From a virus (taxonomy: Duplodnaviria > Caudoviricetes): a DNA stretch of 24,809 nucleotides. Positions 24,155-24,809 of the stretch are shown here, piece after piece; positions within the stretch are counted from its first letter, which is position 1, and each line of letters starts with the position of its first letter. Location: positions 1 through 24,809 of the IMG/VR virus record IMGVR_UViG_3300021170_000278. One strand, given 5' to 3'. A model generated the notes under the pieces. The model was not told the origin of the DNA, made no database searches, and saw only the letters and a list, made by a program, of their open reading frames with translations. Both the position numbers and the translations under genes were made by a program.

Positions 24155-24705
24155 GCTGGTTTCCAGCCCATCGGAGTCATGTTGACGAGGTGGAAATGCC
24201 CCGTCACGGTCGTGACCGACTTCCCGAACTCAGATGGGTCGTACGGGCCGCCGAGCGCAAGATACAGGTCCTCGGTGCCAGGGATGAGCCCTCCAACCGA
24301 TTCCGCGGTCTTCTCGGGAGGTGGCGTCACAAGAGGCTGAAACACGGTTCCGGGCGGTGCGCTCGGATCGAACTGGGTGAAGAAAGAAAAAATCTTATTG
24401 AACCCCACGCCCGTCACTTCGTATTGTGCCGCCGCGATTGGATCGACCATTGCCAGCGTCACAGGCCCGGGAGCCGGCCGGTACACACCCGCTGCGTTGT
24501 CTGACTTCCAGTGCGTCACGAGGCCGTTGTAGTCAGCGAGCGCGAAGTCGTTCAGCTTCTGCACTTCCATCTCAAGCACGTTGACAAACGCTTGCACGAT
24601 GGCATCGGCGCTAATAAGACCTGGAATGCCTTGCGGTGGTAGAGGATGCGGGTTATCCTCCACCTGCGGAATCATCGTGGAGACGTCGAGCGGGTTGTTT
24701 GTCAT
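24136..24705 (-). CDS. Hypothetical Pro-rich protein (189 aa)
   Basis: Clean ORF, ATGA coupling to the upstream gene. Confidence 0.8.
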   Translation of the reverse strand: MTNNPLDVSTMIPQVEDNPHPLPPQGIPGLISADAIVQAFVNVLEMEVQKLNDFALADYNGLVTHWKSDNAAGVYRPAPGPVTLAMVDPIAAAQYEVTGVGFNKIFSFFTQFDPSAPPGTVFQPLVTPPPEKTAESVGGLIPGTEDLYLALGGPYDPSEFGKSVTTVTGHFHLVNMTPMGWKPAWRKTQ

Positions 24706-24809
24706 TTCTTGGGATCCTTCGCAGGTGGCACCGCAGCGCCGGTCTCAATGTCGTAGTGCTCGATCTTGTGCAGCAGTTCTTTGAGCCGGTCAATGAGACT
24801 GTGCGCTTC
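24702..24809 (-). CDS. 3' end of a hypothetical gene (partial)
   Basis: ...EAHSLIDRLKELLHKIEHYDIETGAAVPPAKDPKK*; open to the window edge. Confidence 0.6.
   Translation of the reverse strand, partial: EAHSLIDRLKELLHKIEHYDIETGAAVPPAKDPKK

Overview
Roughly 60% GC segment of a tailed dsDNA phage or prophage (siphovirus-like, long tape measure), mostly on the minus strand. Read 24.8 kb to 1: hypothetical genes; an inverted cassette of small genes (22.85-24.0 kb); tail assembly chaperone pair; tape measure; tail hub/fibre protein; a block of five fibre/decoration-like proteins with N-terminal Sec-type signal peptides (10.8-15.2 kb); an early region (RHH regulator, SSB-like protein, Gp157-like protein, VRR-NUC nuclease); a holin-like gene coupled to an unannotated secreted cationic peptide; an inverted HTH replication-initiator operon; an adenine methyltransferase with an in-frame TAG; a GIY-YIG protein; terS; terL; and a pentapeptide-repeat gene. 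Two things stand out. First, a 15-bp near-palindromic box (GAGTTGCGCAAGTCC) occurs six times, each time inside a 17-bp-spaced sigma70-type promoter, in two architectures, and most unit-starting genes look leaderless. Second, virion-type fibre proteins appear to be routed through Sec, most with paired cysteines. No integrase, CI repressor, endolysin, portal, capsid, tRNA or CRISPR array was recognised. Family assignments come from motif recognition by eye, not database searches.
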